IMG/VR virus record: IMGVR_UViG_3300046001_003584
Source of the DNA: an uncultured virus (IMG/VR IMGVR_UViG_3300046001_003584)
Lineage: Duplodnaviria; Heunggongvirae; Uroviricota; Caudoviricetes
Direction: 5' to 3' (one strand)
DNA: 64,000 nt
The translations under genes were made by a program, and so were the position numbers. Shown one piece after another: positions 48,120 through 63,980 of the stretch. The notes under the pieces were generated by a model. It was not told where the DNA came from and ran no database searches. It saw only the letters and a program-made list of their open reading frames with translations. Each line of letters starts with the position of its first letter. Position 1 is the stretch's first letter.

Positions 48120-48222
48120 TTTAATTTCCATTTATGTTTTGTTACCTAAGATACGCCGGATGCGACCCCAGGAATTTTACAATGTTGTCACATATATTTA
48201 TGCCGCCGCAAATTACACATAA

Positions 48223-53431
<5,209 letters not shown>

Positions 53432-53453
53432 GTTTTTTAAGAAACAACAACCC

Positions 53454-53485
53454 AAAAAAATACCCGACATAAAGCCGAGTATTTT
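53454..53485 (-). terminator. Rho-independent terminator
   Basis: ATACTCGGC-TTTAT-GTCGGGTAT followed by a T run. Confidence 0.75.
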
Positions 53486-53499
53486 AAGTTACGATTCTT

Positions 53500-56448
53500 T
53501 TATAGACCGCTTAATTTCATGTAGTCTTTTAACAACTCAGTGGATTCTTTCATAGGATTACCTAAGCCATCAGCACCCATGCGATTCTTTTGCCCTGAGA
53601 TTACTGGGATAGTTGTTTGACCGGTAGATTTTTGTTTATTCAATCCACCACTTATAACATTCATCATAAATCCAATGTCAGCTTCAAATGTATCATCTGC
53701 ACTGTTAGCGTATGATTCTTCTATTGAACTAGTATCCTTTTTTACATCAGACAAGTGGGCATCAATGCCAGCTGTACTTTTAAGTCCCCATTTCTGAGCA
53801 GCTTTTTGTGCTGCTTGATAACTACTACTTGCTTTAACTTCGCACTTACCTTTTTTAGCATGTACACAAATAAAAGGTCTTTCTTCTGATTCTTCTACTT
53901 TAGTTGATTCTTCTGAAAGCATTGCTATTTTTCTGAAAAGATTAGTGAAACTTGATTCTGACATTGTTTCGCATTTGCAAGGATTGCAATCACATTTTTT
54001 GCAATTGTTATCTTCATCTAATGCGTCTGTGCCGGCTTCTTCACCTGTTTCATCTTCAGCTTCGTTAGTTGGGCTTGAATATACTTCACCTTCTTCTTCG
54101 TCTGCACCTGCATCTGCCGTTGCCAATGCACTATTAGCTGCTGCATTCCCTGCAACATCAGCATTGGTATTATCAGCACCGGAATCTGGGGCATTTGCTT
54201 CAGATACATCATCAGTCATTTGATCTTCTGATTCATCTTCGCCCATAACTGGTTGTTCATCGGATTCACATTGATGATTCTCTTCCATCATGTCGCCACA
54301 TGACTCGCATGTTTCTGCCTCATGCCCATGATCTTCTTCACTGGAACCTTCTTCATCTTCATAGTCACCGTCATCTGTCATTTCTCCGCCGCCAGTGCCT
54401 GACAATTTCTTCATCAATGACATCATACCGTCATGGTCATCAACTACGCTGATACCACCGTGAGCACCTGCTGAGCCTTGTGGTGCATTGAAACCTTGTT
54501 CTTCACCTCCAAATAAGCCTAAACCTGCTGATTTAATTATAGATAACAATTGGTCAGCTTCACCATCTTGTGCTGATACTGACACTGAATCAGGTGATCC
54601 TTGTTGACCTTTACTGATTGAAACTGTCATTCCTTCAGATACATTTTCTTCACTTTTCACATTGGCTTTGAATTCAGCCTTAGTTTTACCGTATTTCTTT
54701 TTGAATTCTGCGTCAGTTAACTCTTTAAAATCCAATGATAGTTCATTCATTCTACCTTCATTAACATTTTCAAGTAAAGAATTTAATTGCTTATCTAATG
54801 ATTCAAAAGCAAATTCATCTAAAACATTGTTATCACGCATTGTTTGTCCAAATGCTTTGAAAGTGTTACCGGGCGTTGTAATTGCTTGTTGCTTCATGTA
54901 AGAAGTCTTATCCATCTCATCTACTTCACCCATGCCTTGCTCGTTAAATATATCTCGGGCGAATGATACTATCCGATCATACATTTCTTCAAACAACATA
55001 GGATCAAATACTCCACCGTTTGATTCTACATATTTTTTAACTGCGGCCATTACTCTTGGTTTTCTACTTGGACTCATATAGCGGCGATTATTATCAATCA
55101 TGTCTTGGATAATATCCATATAATCATCTTCACCAAACATATCTATATCACCTTTACCCATGCCTTCATCCATTACATCATGTGCGCCATAACTAGCCAT
55201 TGTGCCAACTTCAGGTCCTTGACCCATTTCACCAATTGCAGTGAGACCTAGTATTGGCATTTGACCATAGCACTCATCTAAGCCTTCTTTGAACCCGTCG
55301 TGATAGTGTCTTGCTTCTTCCATATCATCGTTTGTGCAATTGTATGGCATTTTTCTTAGTGCATGGCTTTTACCTTGAAGTCTTGCAGCTTGTAAATTAT
55401 GTTCCATGCCTTCTTTAACTTTCTTTTTATCTTTGACAGCTTTCTTCATTGGCTCTTTCTTATTACCGTCTTTATCTATATCTAGAAAGTCTGGTTTGGC
55501 AGATTTCTTAGCAAAAGGATTAACACCTTTCTTAGGTGCGTTCCCTTTCTTCTCATCCTTTTCTATATCTTTGGTAACTTTTTTTCCAATCTTTTCAGCC
55601 TTGTCATCTTTCTTGACAAAAGGATTTACACCTTTCTTGCCTTCTAATACACCGCGATTAGCAGTGCTTAGTGGACTTGATTGTGCAAAGTACTGTGGAG
55701 CTTCAGCCTCATGCATCTTGCTTAATGTCGTAGCAAGTTGTGCTTGCTTTTCTGTCTTAGCAGGATAATCTTCTTTGTGTGCTAAGACTTTTGCTCTGAA
55801 TTGAGTAGGAGTCATACCGTGAGATTTTGCTTTTGTGGTGAAGGCGCCCGGATGCTTAATAGCACCCTTGATCCAATTTTCACCATCTTCAGCCATTTGT
55901 TGATCAGGCATTAAAGTCAGTTCACCTTTACCAATAGATTGTTTAATCTGTTGTGCTAATTGAGCGTTGTCAACTGTACCTAGTGTCTTATCACCTTGTG
56001 CAATAACTTGTGTGTTCTTTTGTGGTTGACCTGCCATTTGTTGCTGTTGTCCGGGCTGTAGTGTTTGTCCGGGCTGCTTAGGCATTTGTGAAGCCGGTTT
56101 GATTTCAATTTGATCAGCTTCATTCAATGCTTGGGTTAATTGATCAAAGTATTCTTTCAAACTATGCTTAGTAGTTTTACTTTTATCCCACTTGGGCAAC
56201 TTAACATCTTTACCTGTTACACCAAATGCTGACCAATCAGGCTTGCTACCTGCAGGGGCTGCTTTTGGAGGACGACCTTTGCCACGCTTCACGGCAGGAG
56301 GTGCTTGCTTAACTGGGTTACCGTCAGCATCTTCATCGTCTTTACGACCGTAACCACCTGGGTCAGCAGTGTGAACTTCACCTGTATCAGTAGTAGTTGT
56401 GGCTTCTGATAAATTGTCAAACGATTTTAATATATCTCTGAAATCCAT
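53500..56448 (-). CDS. Large acidic modular protein, putative prohead core / internal head polyprotein
   Basis: MDFRDILKSFDNLSE start; many (L/M/V)xE sites; alternating basic and acidic low-complexity modules; KPDFLDIDKDGNKKEPMKKA. Confidence 0.6.
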   Translation of the reverse strand: MDFRDILKSFDNLSEATTTTDTGEVHTADPGGYGRKDDEDADGNPVKQAPPAVKRGKGRPPKAAPAGSKPDWSAFGVTGKDVKLPKWDKSKTTKHSLKEYFDQLTQALNEADQIEIKPASQMPKQPGQTLQPGQQQQMAGQPQKNTQVIAQGDKTLGTVDNAQLAQQIKQSIGKGELTLMPDQQMAEDGENWIKGAIKHPGAFTTKAKSHGMTPTQFRAKVLAHKEDYPAKTEKQAQLATTLSKMHEAEAPQYFAQSSPLSTANRGVLEGKKGVNPFVKKDDKAEKIGKKVTKDIEKDEKKGNAPKKGVNPFAKKSAKPDFLDIDKDGNKKEPMKKAVKDKKKVKEGMEHNLQAARLQGKSHALRKMPYNCTNDDMEEARHYHDGFKEGLDECYGQMPILGLTAIGEMGQGPEVGTMASYGAHDVMDEGMGKGDIDMFGEDDYMDIIQDMIDNNRRYMSPSRKPRVMAAVKKYVESNGGVFDPMLFEEMYDRIVSFARDIFNEQGMGEVDEMDKTSYMKQQAITTPGNTFKAFGQTMRDNNVLDEFAFESLDKQLNSLLENVNEGRMNELSLDFKELTDAEFKKKYGKTKAEFKANVKSEENVSEGMTVSISKGQQGSPDSVSVSAQDGEADQLLSIIKSAGLGLFGGEEQGFNAPQGSAGAHGGISVVDDHDGMMSLMKKLSGTGGGEMTDDGDYEDEEGSSEEDHGHEAETCESCGDMMEENHQCESDEQPVMGEDESEDQMTDDVSEANAPDSGADNTNADVAGNAAANSALATADAGADEEEGEVYSSPTNEAEDETGEEAGTDALDEDNNCKKCDCNPCKCETMSESSFTNLFRKIAMLSEESTKVEESEERPFICVHAKKGKCEVKASSSYQAAQKAAQKWGLKSTAGIDAHLSDVKKDTSSIEESYANSADDTFEADIGFMMNVISGGLNKQKSTGQTTIPVISGQKNRMGADGLGNPMKESTELLKDYMKLSGL

Positions 56449-56458
56449 TTTATTTTCC

Positions 56459-57088
56459 TTAACGGTTATATGCTGCGCCAGTCTTTGGCTTTGGTGGCAT
56501 CTTTATAGTACTCATTGGGCTCTTGTCCCCCATCTTCTTATCATCTAAATATGGCTTGAACGGGTCAAACGCATCTTTTGTTCTTGTCCCTGCATATGGA
56601 ATATCAATCTTAGACTCTTTAGCTTGATCTTTGATTGATTGTAAATATGAATCCCCGTACGCCTTGCTTGCTGCTTTGGCATCAGGCTGCTCACCCATTT
56701 CTTCTTTATCAAGCAATGGGCTATGACTCATTTCATTTTGATATCCCGCCTGTTCACTATCAATACTATCATCAAAAGCAGTTGATATCATACGCACCAT
56801 GTTAACATTGTATCCGCATAACTGAGCAAGTTGTTGCACCATTGGTTCTGTAGCTGGGTATCTAAACTCAACTTTAATCAATGTAACACTTTCGTTCTCT
56901 AAGTTAGGAAAACCATATGGTGATTTCTGTATTGGAGTACTTTTTGGTTCACCAATTTCCACTGGGTCAAACTTTTTTAGATTGTACTTAAACATGTCTA
57001 TAAAGTTTTTGTCAATGGTGCCGGCAATTTTGATAGTATACTTGTAAGTATGTATACTTTCAACAATGAAATGTTTAAGGCTTCGCAT
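56459..57088 (-). CDS. Hypothetical late protein (MRSLKHFIVE start)
   Basis: Late promoter at 57109-57116; AGGAA Shine-Dalgarno. Confidence 0.7.
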   Translation of the reverse strand: MRSLKHFIVESIHTYKYTIKIAGTIDKNFIDMFKYNLKKFDPVEIGEPKSTPIQKSPYGFPNLENESVTLIKVEFRYPATEPMVQQLAQLCGYNVNMVRMISTAFDDSIDSEQAGYQNEMSHSPLLDKEEMGEQPDAKAASKAYGDSYLQSIKDQAKESKIDIPYAGTRTKDAFDPFKPYLDDKKMGDKSPMSTIKMPPKPKTGAAYNR

Positions 57089-57119
57089 GTTTTTATTCCT
57101 GTATATATTATTTATCTTT

Positions 57120-57596
57120 TTAAGTGGATTTTGCTGCCAACATCTTAAGCAACTCGTTTCTATCAAGTTCTCTACCTTCTCCTATTGGGGTAGCTTCAAT
57201 TTCCTTGTCCCTACTTGATTCTTTTTGATCCAATTGTGCTTTTTTCAACTGTAAATCAATCATCTTTAACTTCTTATTTAGTTTAGCAGTTTTTGCAGTA
57301 ATAGCATGACCAAGCATAGTTCCAGCAACATTAAATATCTCACTGGCATATCTGCTATCCACTTGCATCCCAAGATCAATTAAGTCTTTGTAGCTGCTTG
57401 TAGCCATCTCAGCTAATGCATCCATCTCATCATCTGCGGCTTCTAATCCACGGACTTGAGGTAATGCTTGTTCTATTTTTGATAGACTATCTAATGCTTC
57501 AGTGGTTATTTCCTGTGCATTTTCTGGTGTTGGTTTCGCCAAGGTGTCTATTTCATCTTGCGGCAGTTCAAAAAGTTCTTCTAGTCGTTTCGTCAT
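57120..57596 (-). CDS. Possible terminase small subunit (gp16-like)
   Basis: Helical 158 aa with ASEIFNVAGTML...LKMIDLQ...DRNELLKML; head-gene context. Confidence 0.45.
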   Translation of the reverse strand: MTKRLEELFELPQDEIDTLAKPTPENAQEITTEALDSLSKIEQALPQVRGLEAADDEMDALAEMATSSYKDLIDLGMQVDSRYASEIFNVAGTMLGHAITAKTAKLNKKLKMIDLQLKKAQLDQKESSRDKEIEATPIGEGRELDRNELLKMLAAKST

Positions 57597-57637
57597 AGAA
57601 AGTATTTAGTTACTTTCGTGACCCATTTCTAAAAAGG

Positions 57638-58087
57638 TCATCTTCTTTTTTTTACACTACTAGTAGTATTTGCAAAAATTGAATCTTCACTAATGACCCT
57701 AAAAACATAACCGTGCTGTTTGCAATATGCAGTAGCGGATAGGAATTTAGCTTGGTTAACTATTGCATGTAATTTATCATGTCTGGTTTTTGCTTCAGTC
57801 AATGATGTTTGACTTTTTGGTTTTACTTCAACTATTTCTGCCTTAATTTGATGTGATTTATTTTCATAAACCACAAAAAAATCAGGAATATATTGATGTA
57901 TTTTTCCATCTAATGGGCTACGATACGGTATTGAAATTGATTCACTTGCCCAATGTGTAATATGTTTATTTTCATCTAAAAACATCATAACCCGCATTTC
58001 CCAAGACGATCTGTATTTGGGTTTATGTTTACCTACATACTTTTGTGGATTTCGGCAAGTATAAGTACCCTGAGCATAATTAGCCAT
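57638..58087 (-). CDS. Head completion nuclease (T4 gp4-like, TnsA-type PD-(D/E)XK)
   Basis: YRSSWE, WASE, IPY, YIPDF, EVKP, NQAK, FRVISE. Confidence 0.9.
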   Translation of the reverse strand: MANYAQGTYTCRNPQKYVGKHKPKYRSSWEMRVMMFLDENKHITHWASESISIPYRSPLDGKIHQYIPDFFVVYENKSHQIKAEIVEVKPKSQTSLTEAKTRHDKLHAIVNQAKFLSATAYCKQHGYVFRVISEDSIFANTTSSVKKRR

Positions 58088-58089
58088 AC

Positions 58090-58449
58090 TTATTGCACTA
58101 TGTTTCGTGCCACTGGTTGATTTGATTTTGGTATGATAGCTATGCCATATAATGAAGTTTTGCTTTTAAAACTATTTAGATAGTAAGCAAGAATTTGATT
58201 CATTTCCATTTTCTTTGTACCTTTGATTTGGTCAATTAATTGTAATACAGGTATCTGTGTTTCTTGTGCTATTCTAAATAACACCGCAGTAAAATTAGCT
58301 GCAATATTTTTAGAGGCACAAACAGATACAAAATATGAATATACGATATCATATTCTACAGCATTAACAACTGAATTGAACGCATAAAAAGAATCAAAAA
58401 TTCTAACTGTTTGATCTAAGTTTGTACGATTATCTATAATTTGTGACAT
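58090..58449 (-). CDS. Hypothetical protein
   Basis: Operon packing among tail genes. Confidence 0.7.
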   Translation of the reverse strand: MSQIIDNRTNLDQTVRIFDSFYAFNSVVNAVEYDIVYSYFVSVCASKNIAANFTAVLFRIAQETQIPVLQLIDQIKGTKKMEMNQILAYYLNSFKSKTSLYGIAIIPKSNQPVARNIVQ

Positions 58450-58458
58450 TTTTTTACT

Positions 58459-59664
58459 TTATTGTGGTCCACTCTGACCGGATGTTTGTGAACCCGCGGA
58501 AGGATTACCGCCTATCTGTGGAGGTGCAGATAGTGCTCCTGATAATTTTGCTCCAGCAGTTCCAATTCTACTTTGAATAGCACCAAATATAGGAGTTGCT
58601 ACATTGACATTTCTATTTGGGGTTTGTCCTACTGAATTATTTATACCATTGACAACTTCTGATTTTGCAATATTCACTATGTTTGTATTTTTAAATGTAT
58701 TATATGCCGTGCCATTCGCCGTGTTAGTTTCTTGTACTATATTTCTATTAGTTTTCAATGTGCCGCCAGCACCGTCAACTAATCCACCTTGACCTAATAT
58801 CTTTGAATTTGCATCGGGTCTTGCTATAGGGCTTAATCTTCTATCATAAAAAGCTTCCTCACCAAATCCAGTGACGATATTATCGGGGCTCTTACCATCT
58901 ATTGCACCTTCATTATAAACTACAGTTTCGTAATCCAATGTCATTTGATGTTCCATTGTTCCGTTGCCTTGAGCATAATCATATGTATCATGGCTAAAAG
59001 CTGTTATTACAGGATTGATCAATGTATAAGCTACAAAATTATGTTGGTTGAAACCAAACACTGTTATATTTTTAAAGAAAGGTATTTTTTGACCAGTTGG
59101 ATCGCTAGTACTACCTTGATAACCCCAACTTGCATTCCCAGTAATAGAAGGTTGATATTGTGTTCTGCTATTGTATGTGGCATCAGTTTCACCTGCGAAC
59201 CCTCCGCCTCCTGTTAATTGTGATATTGGGGTATCTCCTCTTGCTCCGTTAAACACAACTTGTGGTTTTGTTCCATCGGCGTAGTAGTAATTGTAATAAC
59301 CCTTCCACATTTTTCTAATTGAATTTCCATTATCATCATGGAACGTAATATTAACTGGATCGTATTTGATTTTTGTTTGTATCAATCTTTTACGATTATA
59401 TTGATTCAATGTTGCTACGTCTAAATTAAAGCCAGGGAGTTTTACTGTTTTAACTAATAGGCCGTAACTAGCCAAATTGAAGTCGCTTGGCAATCCAGTT
59501 GGATTAAGTTGAAAGTAAACATGAAATAGAAACTTAAATTTAGGAGCATTTTCATATGCATTGGGTCTAAATGTTTTACTAGCGTGAGTGTAATCACGAA
59601 GGAAAACACTGCCGGAAAATGCTCCGGCAGTGTCTGTTTGTAAGTTTTGATAAAATCCAGACAT
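58459..59664 (-). CDS. Tail tube-like baseplate protein (gp54/gp19-related)
   Basis: PKFKFLFHVYF, VKLP, NQYN, YDPVNITFHDD, YTLINP, MTLDYE. Confidence 0.7.
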   Translation of the reverse strand: MSGFYQNLQTDTAGAFSGSVFLRDYTHASKTFRPNAYENAPKFKFLFHVYFQLNPTGLPSDFNLASYGLLVKTVKLPGFNLDVATLNQYNRKRLIQTKIKYDPVNITFHDDNGNSIRKMWKGYYNYYYADGTKPQVVFNGARGDTPISQLTGGGGFAGETDATYNSRTQYQPSITGNASWGYQGSTSDPTGQKIPFFKNITVFGFNQHNFVAYTLINPVITAFSHDTYDYAQGNGTMEHQMTLDYETVVYNEGAIDGKSPDNIVTGFGEEAFYDRRLSPIARPDANSKILGQGGLVDGAGGTLKTNRNIVQETNTANGTAYNTFKNTNIVNIAKSEVVNGINNSVGQTPNRNVNVATPIFGAIQSRIGTAGAKLSGALSAPPQIGGNPSAGSQTSGQSGPQ

Positions 59665-59691
59665 GCTAGATTTATTTAGTTACGATTCTTT

Positions 59692-60324
59692 TTAGAAAGA
59701 ACCACCGATACCGGTAGTAATTGAACCAAATGTCCTTGGTACTTGTGTACCGACCCCTGTACCGAGAGGTGATTGAATTGCGTTATCAAAACGTAAGGTC
59801 AATGAAATTGTCACTGCATCGTTTGTAACATAATTTAATGTATTATAGTTTGCGGTTTGAACAAAGCAACCATAACATTCCCAAGTTTCTAATACTACCG
59901 GAGTACTTGCACCATTGCCACCGTCTAGTATTTCAATGTTTGTTTGAAACTTGTAGTCTTGACCAGATACCGCACTTGCTTGTTCAACAAAATCCATTTG
60001 CTTCTGTAATTGCTGACCAACTAATCTTGACACACTGTTTGAAGCATCATCACGAATGTTGATAGCTAATGTTTGCCATGCAGCCTTTCCAGCCAAATAC
60101 ATTGTTGAGTTATAAATATTTATTGGAATTTCTGTGAACTGTACGTTGGGACGAGAGCAATCAATAACTTGCTTTGTTAACTCTACCGTACTGGTGTCTG
60201 CTCCAAAATTCAAAAAATTAACTCTGAATCTGAACTGTAGTTTGGGCATTAGTAAGCCCTGATTGCCGCCGGCATTATCAGAGGCGACTGTCATGTTGAA
60301 CAATGATTGTGAGGCTGTTGCCAT
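59692..60324 (-). CDS. Tail tube protein (gp19-like)
   Basis: PKLQFRFRV, SRPNV, YLAGK..W, ETWECYGC, LTLRFDNA; directly downstream of the sheath gene. Confidence 0.88.
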   Translation of the reverse strand: MATASQSLFNMTVASDNAGGNQGLLMPKLQFRFRVNFLNFGADTSTVELTKQVIDCSRPNVQFTEIPINIYNSTMYLAGKAAWQTLAINIRDDASNSVSRLVGQQLQKQMDFVEQASAVSGQDYKFQTNIEILDGGNGASTPVVLETWECYGCFVQTANYNTLNYVTNDAVTISLTLRFDNAIQSPLGTGVGTQVPRTFGSITTGIGGSF

Positions 60325-60346
60325 TTTATATTTCTCCTATTAATCT

Positions 60347-60354
60347 TATTTATC
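60347..60354 (-). promoter_or_regulatory. Late promoter GATAAATA for the tail tube gene
   Basis: Octamer upstream of an AGGAG Shine-Dalgarno. Confidence 0.7.
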
Positions 60355-60366
60355 TTAACTAAACTG

Positions 60367-60386
60367 ATAACCCCCGAAGGGGTTAT
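60367..60386 (-). terminator. Hairpin/terminator between sheath and tube genes
   Basis: ATAACCCC-TTCG-GGGGTTAT (UUCG tetraloop). Confidence 0.75.
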
Positions 60387-60395
60387 TTTAGTTTA

Positions 60396-63300
60396 CTATA
60401 TTCCTGCTATCTCACCTGTGTTTAATACACGAACCGGGATGTAGATAAATTCAGCTGCCTTGACTGGTTCAATTGCAACGTCTACCCAAAGTTCATTTCT
60501 ATCTATTCTTGCTGGTGTGTTGTTACTTTCATCACATATTACAAGATAATCATAAATTCCGCGTTTAGCAACTAAATCTACCATCAATGTTTGAATAACC
60601 CCTTGAATTTGTTGTCTTGTTAGTGCATCGTTAGGTTCAAATACGAATGGACGTGCTGCTAATGTTAATTGTCTACGAACATACGCAATTAGTCGTGCAA
60701 CGTTAGTTCTGTCTAAAGCACTAGAACTATTGAAACTTGTCTTGTTGCCATAATTCAACAATCCAATGCCAGTAAAGAATACTAATGGATTGATAAAGTT
60801 AATATACAACACATCACGAATACCAATACGTGTCTTAGTAGTTATAAATTCACCAGTTGCACTATCAATATAACCGATGTTTGTTGCATTGTCAATATTA
60901 CCTCTACGTGTACCTGCTGCTGCTAACCAAGGATAAGCAACTGTATCATTTCTGATAAATGTACGCAACATCATATGACTTGCGGGAACTGCAACTAGAT
61001 TACCACTTAGATCACTTGTGATACCACTTGGATAGAACAAACCTAAATATGTATTACGTGTTACACATCCTGCTTCACCTGTGCTTGTAGCACCTGCCGC
61101 GTTAGTTGCCCATGCTTGAATTGATGTAGCATCTGATGGCAATCTCATTGGAGTATCACCTAAGATATAACCTGTATCACCACGATCAGCATTCAACACA
61201 ACCATATTAGGTTGTAATTCTGGATAACCAGGAGTAGCCATCAAGTTGAAGAAATTATCTTCATCACGAATGTCATTGTTAGTATCCATTGCTGAACGCA
61301 ATGATATTACAACCATATTACGTTGCGCCTGACGACCCATATAAGGAGCACCATTTGATTGCAATCCACTTTCACTTAACCACGTTGCTGTTTCTACTGG
61401 CAAAGTTTGATCAGGGAAATTAATGCCGTTGAAGTAATTTGCTTGGTATGATTTAACATTGTAACCTGAACGGCGTGTGTTAAATAATAGCATACCTGTT
61501 GGGTATAATGCTGCATCAGGTACATCTAAGTCTACATAGTCGCTGGCCAATAAGCTAACGATACTTGGAATAGGATCATCAACTACATTTGTGTTGTCGT
61601 TGGTTGCCCAACGTGCATCAGCAAACACTACACCCTTGCTGCTTGTTTGATCAGCGTTGTCTAACAATACCCACATGTCTGTCATGCTTGTTGTATCAAA
61701 TTCCCAACGACTGATTATTGGATACAGTTCTAAATCACTGGTATCAATCCATAGATCACCGTATACTAACGCTGTAGTATCACTTTGAGTTGTTGGTGCA
61801 GTTGCAGCAATTATAGGACCAGCTGGATCTGTTGTGTTACTTCCAGTTGGGGTCGGGAAACCAGTACTGTCATAATTTATATTTTTATAACCATTCCATT
61901 GTCCGCCGGATTGAACCATAATGTCTACTTGGTCAATGACACTCCAGAACCAATTTGTACCTTGTGCAGGAGCTGCTACCGGAGCACCTTCATTTGCTGT
62001 AAACACTAGTGGAATCCAGTTACTAACTTGAATAGAAGTTTTTAGTGAAGATACACCGCTGTAATAAGTTACTGCGGTAACTACACCTGAACTCACTGAT
62101 ACAACTTTTAATAATAAATCATTGGCCGGTGTAGCTCCTCCCAATAATGCTCCACTAACTGTTATAGTATTACCTACAGCATAACCAGTTCCGCCAGACG
62201 CTACACCTGTTCCTATTATACCATAAAGGAAGCCACTTTGAATATTTGCATTCACTGTCAATCCTGAGCCAGCACCACCTGTAGTAGCTATGCCATTAAA
62301 ATCTACACTAGCACCTGAAAGTGGGCCATCGTATTGAACAAAAGGAGTAATTTGAGCATCAAAGCCAGCTTGTGTTAGTATGGTGGCAGAACGCCCTTGA
62401 TTAGCTCCTGCTGTTGATATACGATCATTCATTACAATTTCGCCACCTTGAGTATGTACTAATTGCACAGCATCGTCAGTAGTTAACAATGCAGTTGTAT
62501 AAGGAATAGCAGCAGCTAACCAGTTAGTTACAAATTGCAACGGAGTACAATTATTAGGAATAGTAACAGTATATTGACTTGACAAGCTAGTACTATTTGG
62601 TATACTGGTTTGAACTGTAATAGTTGCTGTTGACAACGTATACGGCAAAGCTATTGTGAAAGCTGTCTCACTGCCGGTTGCCACTGTTGGCCCTGTTGCT
62701 GCTCTTTCCCATAAATATATAGGAAAGGTGCTGTTTTTAAAAGGATAGCTCCAATCGTATTGTGCGTAGACAGTACCTACCGGAATCGCTTGTCCGCCAG
62801 TGGCGTCAATAGTAGCATCTGCTGACCAGTTATTGGTAGCTAATGTTACAGATTTTGCTACAAAAGAACCAGTAACTGCATTATATTCAGAAACAACCGG
62901 GGTTAAACCAAGACCTGCATTGCTAGCCTTAATCCATACTGAACCAGTTGGATGAGGATATGTTTGACTACTTGACCATAACGGCATTTCTGCTGAAGTA
63001 CCATATACAACTTGAGGTTGATAGTAATTTTGTGCAGTTAACCCTACATCAGCTAACACTGTGCCTGTGCCAGTAATTCCAAGATATTGATTACCAGTAG
63101 TTGAAGGTTGAGTAGATAATAAGACTAATTTACCTGATACTACCTCCGCAGTAATATAGCTATATCCCAATGAATTGATAGCATTTGCAACACCTTGAAC
63201 AGTGTTAAAAGGGGATGCAGGCACCGCAACAGTAGTAGACCACACCCCACTTAAACTAATAATTAAAGTGTCAGTGGCAGTTAATGTAGGGTTAGAATTT

Positions 63301-63980
63301 GTACCTTGAACAGTTGGCCATTGACCTCGCCATGTTCTGGACCCTAATGTTGTCCAAACATTACTAGAAGTTTTGTAATAATATTGTTGATATGCTGAAT
63401 CAGCTTCAACCGTAGCATTAATTGCATAATCACCAATATTACCTAAACTAGCAATAGGTTCACCATTGGTTAAATATGCCTGGTCTGTTATAACGATTGG
63501 AGTTTTTGCTGTAAATTGTCCGGTTGTTGCATTGAACTGGAAGATACCCCATGTAGAAGTAGTTGTATCTAACCAATATGCACCATTTGCCGGTGCACCT
63601 GAAGGACGACCAACTGAACCTACTAGACTTGCTAGATCAATATCAGCACGTAATGTATATACCCGATTGGTTGTGCCTAATGCGGAATAAGCCGCTAATA
63701 ACCCGTATTCGTTTAATTCGTAACCTTGGATAGGTGTTCCTGCTGTTGTTGTATAAAAGAACGGTACACCATAAAAATCTACCAAATCTTTTTGACTTGT
63801 AATTTGATATAATTTACCTCCATTTGCCGCTGTAGTACCGGCTGCGACACCTGTACCAGAAGGGTTTGCTTTATTCTGTGCTGTTGCGAAAACTACCAAC
63901 GGCACGGTGGCGCCTGGTGCAGGTAGATATTGACTTTGGTCAATGATAGTGACTTCGACGCCCGGTGAGGTTAATGACAT
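60396..63980 (-). CDS. Contractile tail sheath protein (gp18-like), enlarged
   Basis: LTSPGVEV N-terminus; C-terminal PWLAAAGTRRG, INPL, RTNVARL, FEPND, CDESNNTPARIDRNEL, KAAEFI. Confidence 0.93.
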   Translation of the reverse strand: MSLTSPGVEVTIIDQSQYLPAPGATVPLVVFATAQNKANPSGTGVAAGTTAANGGKLYQITSQKDLVDFYGVPFFYTTTAGTPIQGYELNEYGLLAAYSALGTTNRVYTLRADIDLASLVGSVGRPSGAPANGAYWLDTTTSTWGIFQFNATTGQFTAKTPIVITDQAYLTNGEPIASLGNIGDYAINATVEADSAYQQYYYKTSSNVWTTLGSRTWRGQWPTVQGTNSNPTLTATDTLIISLSGVWSTTVAVPASPFNTVQGVANAINSLGYSYITAEVVSGKLVLLSTQPSTTGNQYLGITGTGTVLADVGLTAQNYYQPQVVYGTSAEMPLWSSSQTYPHPTGSVWIKASNAGLGLTPVVSEYNAVTGSFVAKSVTLATNNWSADATIDATGGQAIPVGTVYAQYDWSYPFKNSTFPIYLWERAATGPTVATGSETAFTIALPYTLSTATITVQTSIPNSTSLSSQYTVTIPNNCTPLQFVTNWLAAAIPYTTALLTTDDAVQLVHTQGGEIVMNDRISTAGANQGRSATILTQAGFDAQITPFVQYDGPLSGASVDFNGIATTGGAGSGLTVNANIQSGFLYGIIGTGVASGGTGYAVGNTITVSGALLGGATPANDLLLKVVSVSSGVVTAVTYYSGVSSLKTSIQVSNWIPLVFTANEGAPVAAPAQGTNWFWSVIDQVDIMVQSGGQWNGYKNINYDSTGFPTPTGSNTTDPAGPIIAATAPTTQSDTTALVYGDLWIDTSDLELYPIISRWEFDTTSMTDMWVLLDNADQTSSKGVVFADARWATNDNTNVVDDPIPSIVSLLASDYVDLDVPDAALYPTGMLLFNTRRSGYNVKSYQANYFNGINFPDQTLPVETATWLSESGLQSNGAPYMGRQAQRNMVVISLRSAMDTNNDIRDEDNFFNLMATPGYPELQPNMVVLNADRGDTGYILGDTPMRLPSDATSIQAWATNAAGATSTGEAGCVTRNTYLGLFYPSGITSDLSGNLVAVPASHMMLRTFIRNDTVAYPWLAAAGTRRGNIDNATNIGYIDSATGEFITTKTRIGIRDVLYINFINPLVFFTGIGLLNYGNKTSFNSSSALDRTNVARLIAYVRRQLTLAARPFVFEPNDALTRQQIQGVIQTLMVDLVAKRGIYDYLVICDESNNTPARIDRNELWVDVAIEPVKAAEFIYIPVRVLNTGEIAGI

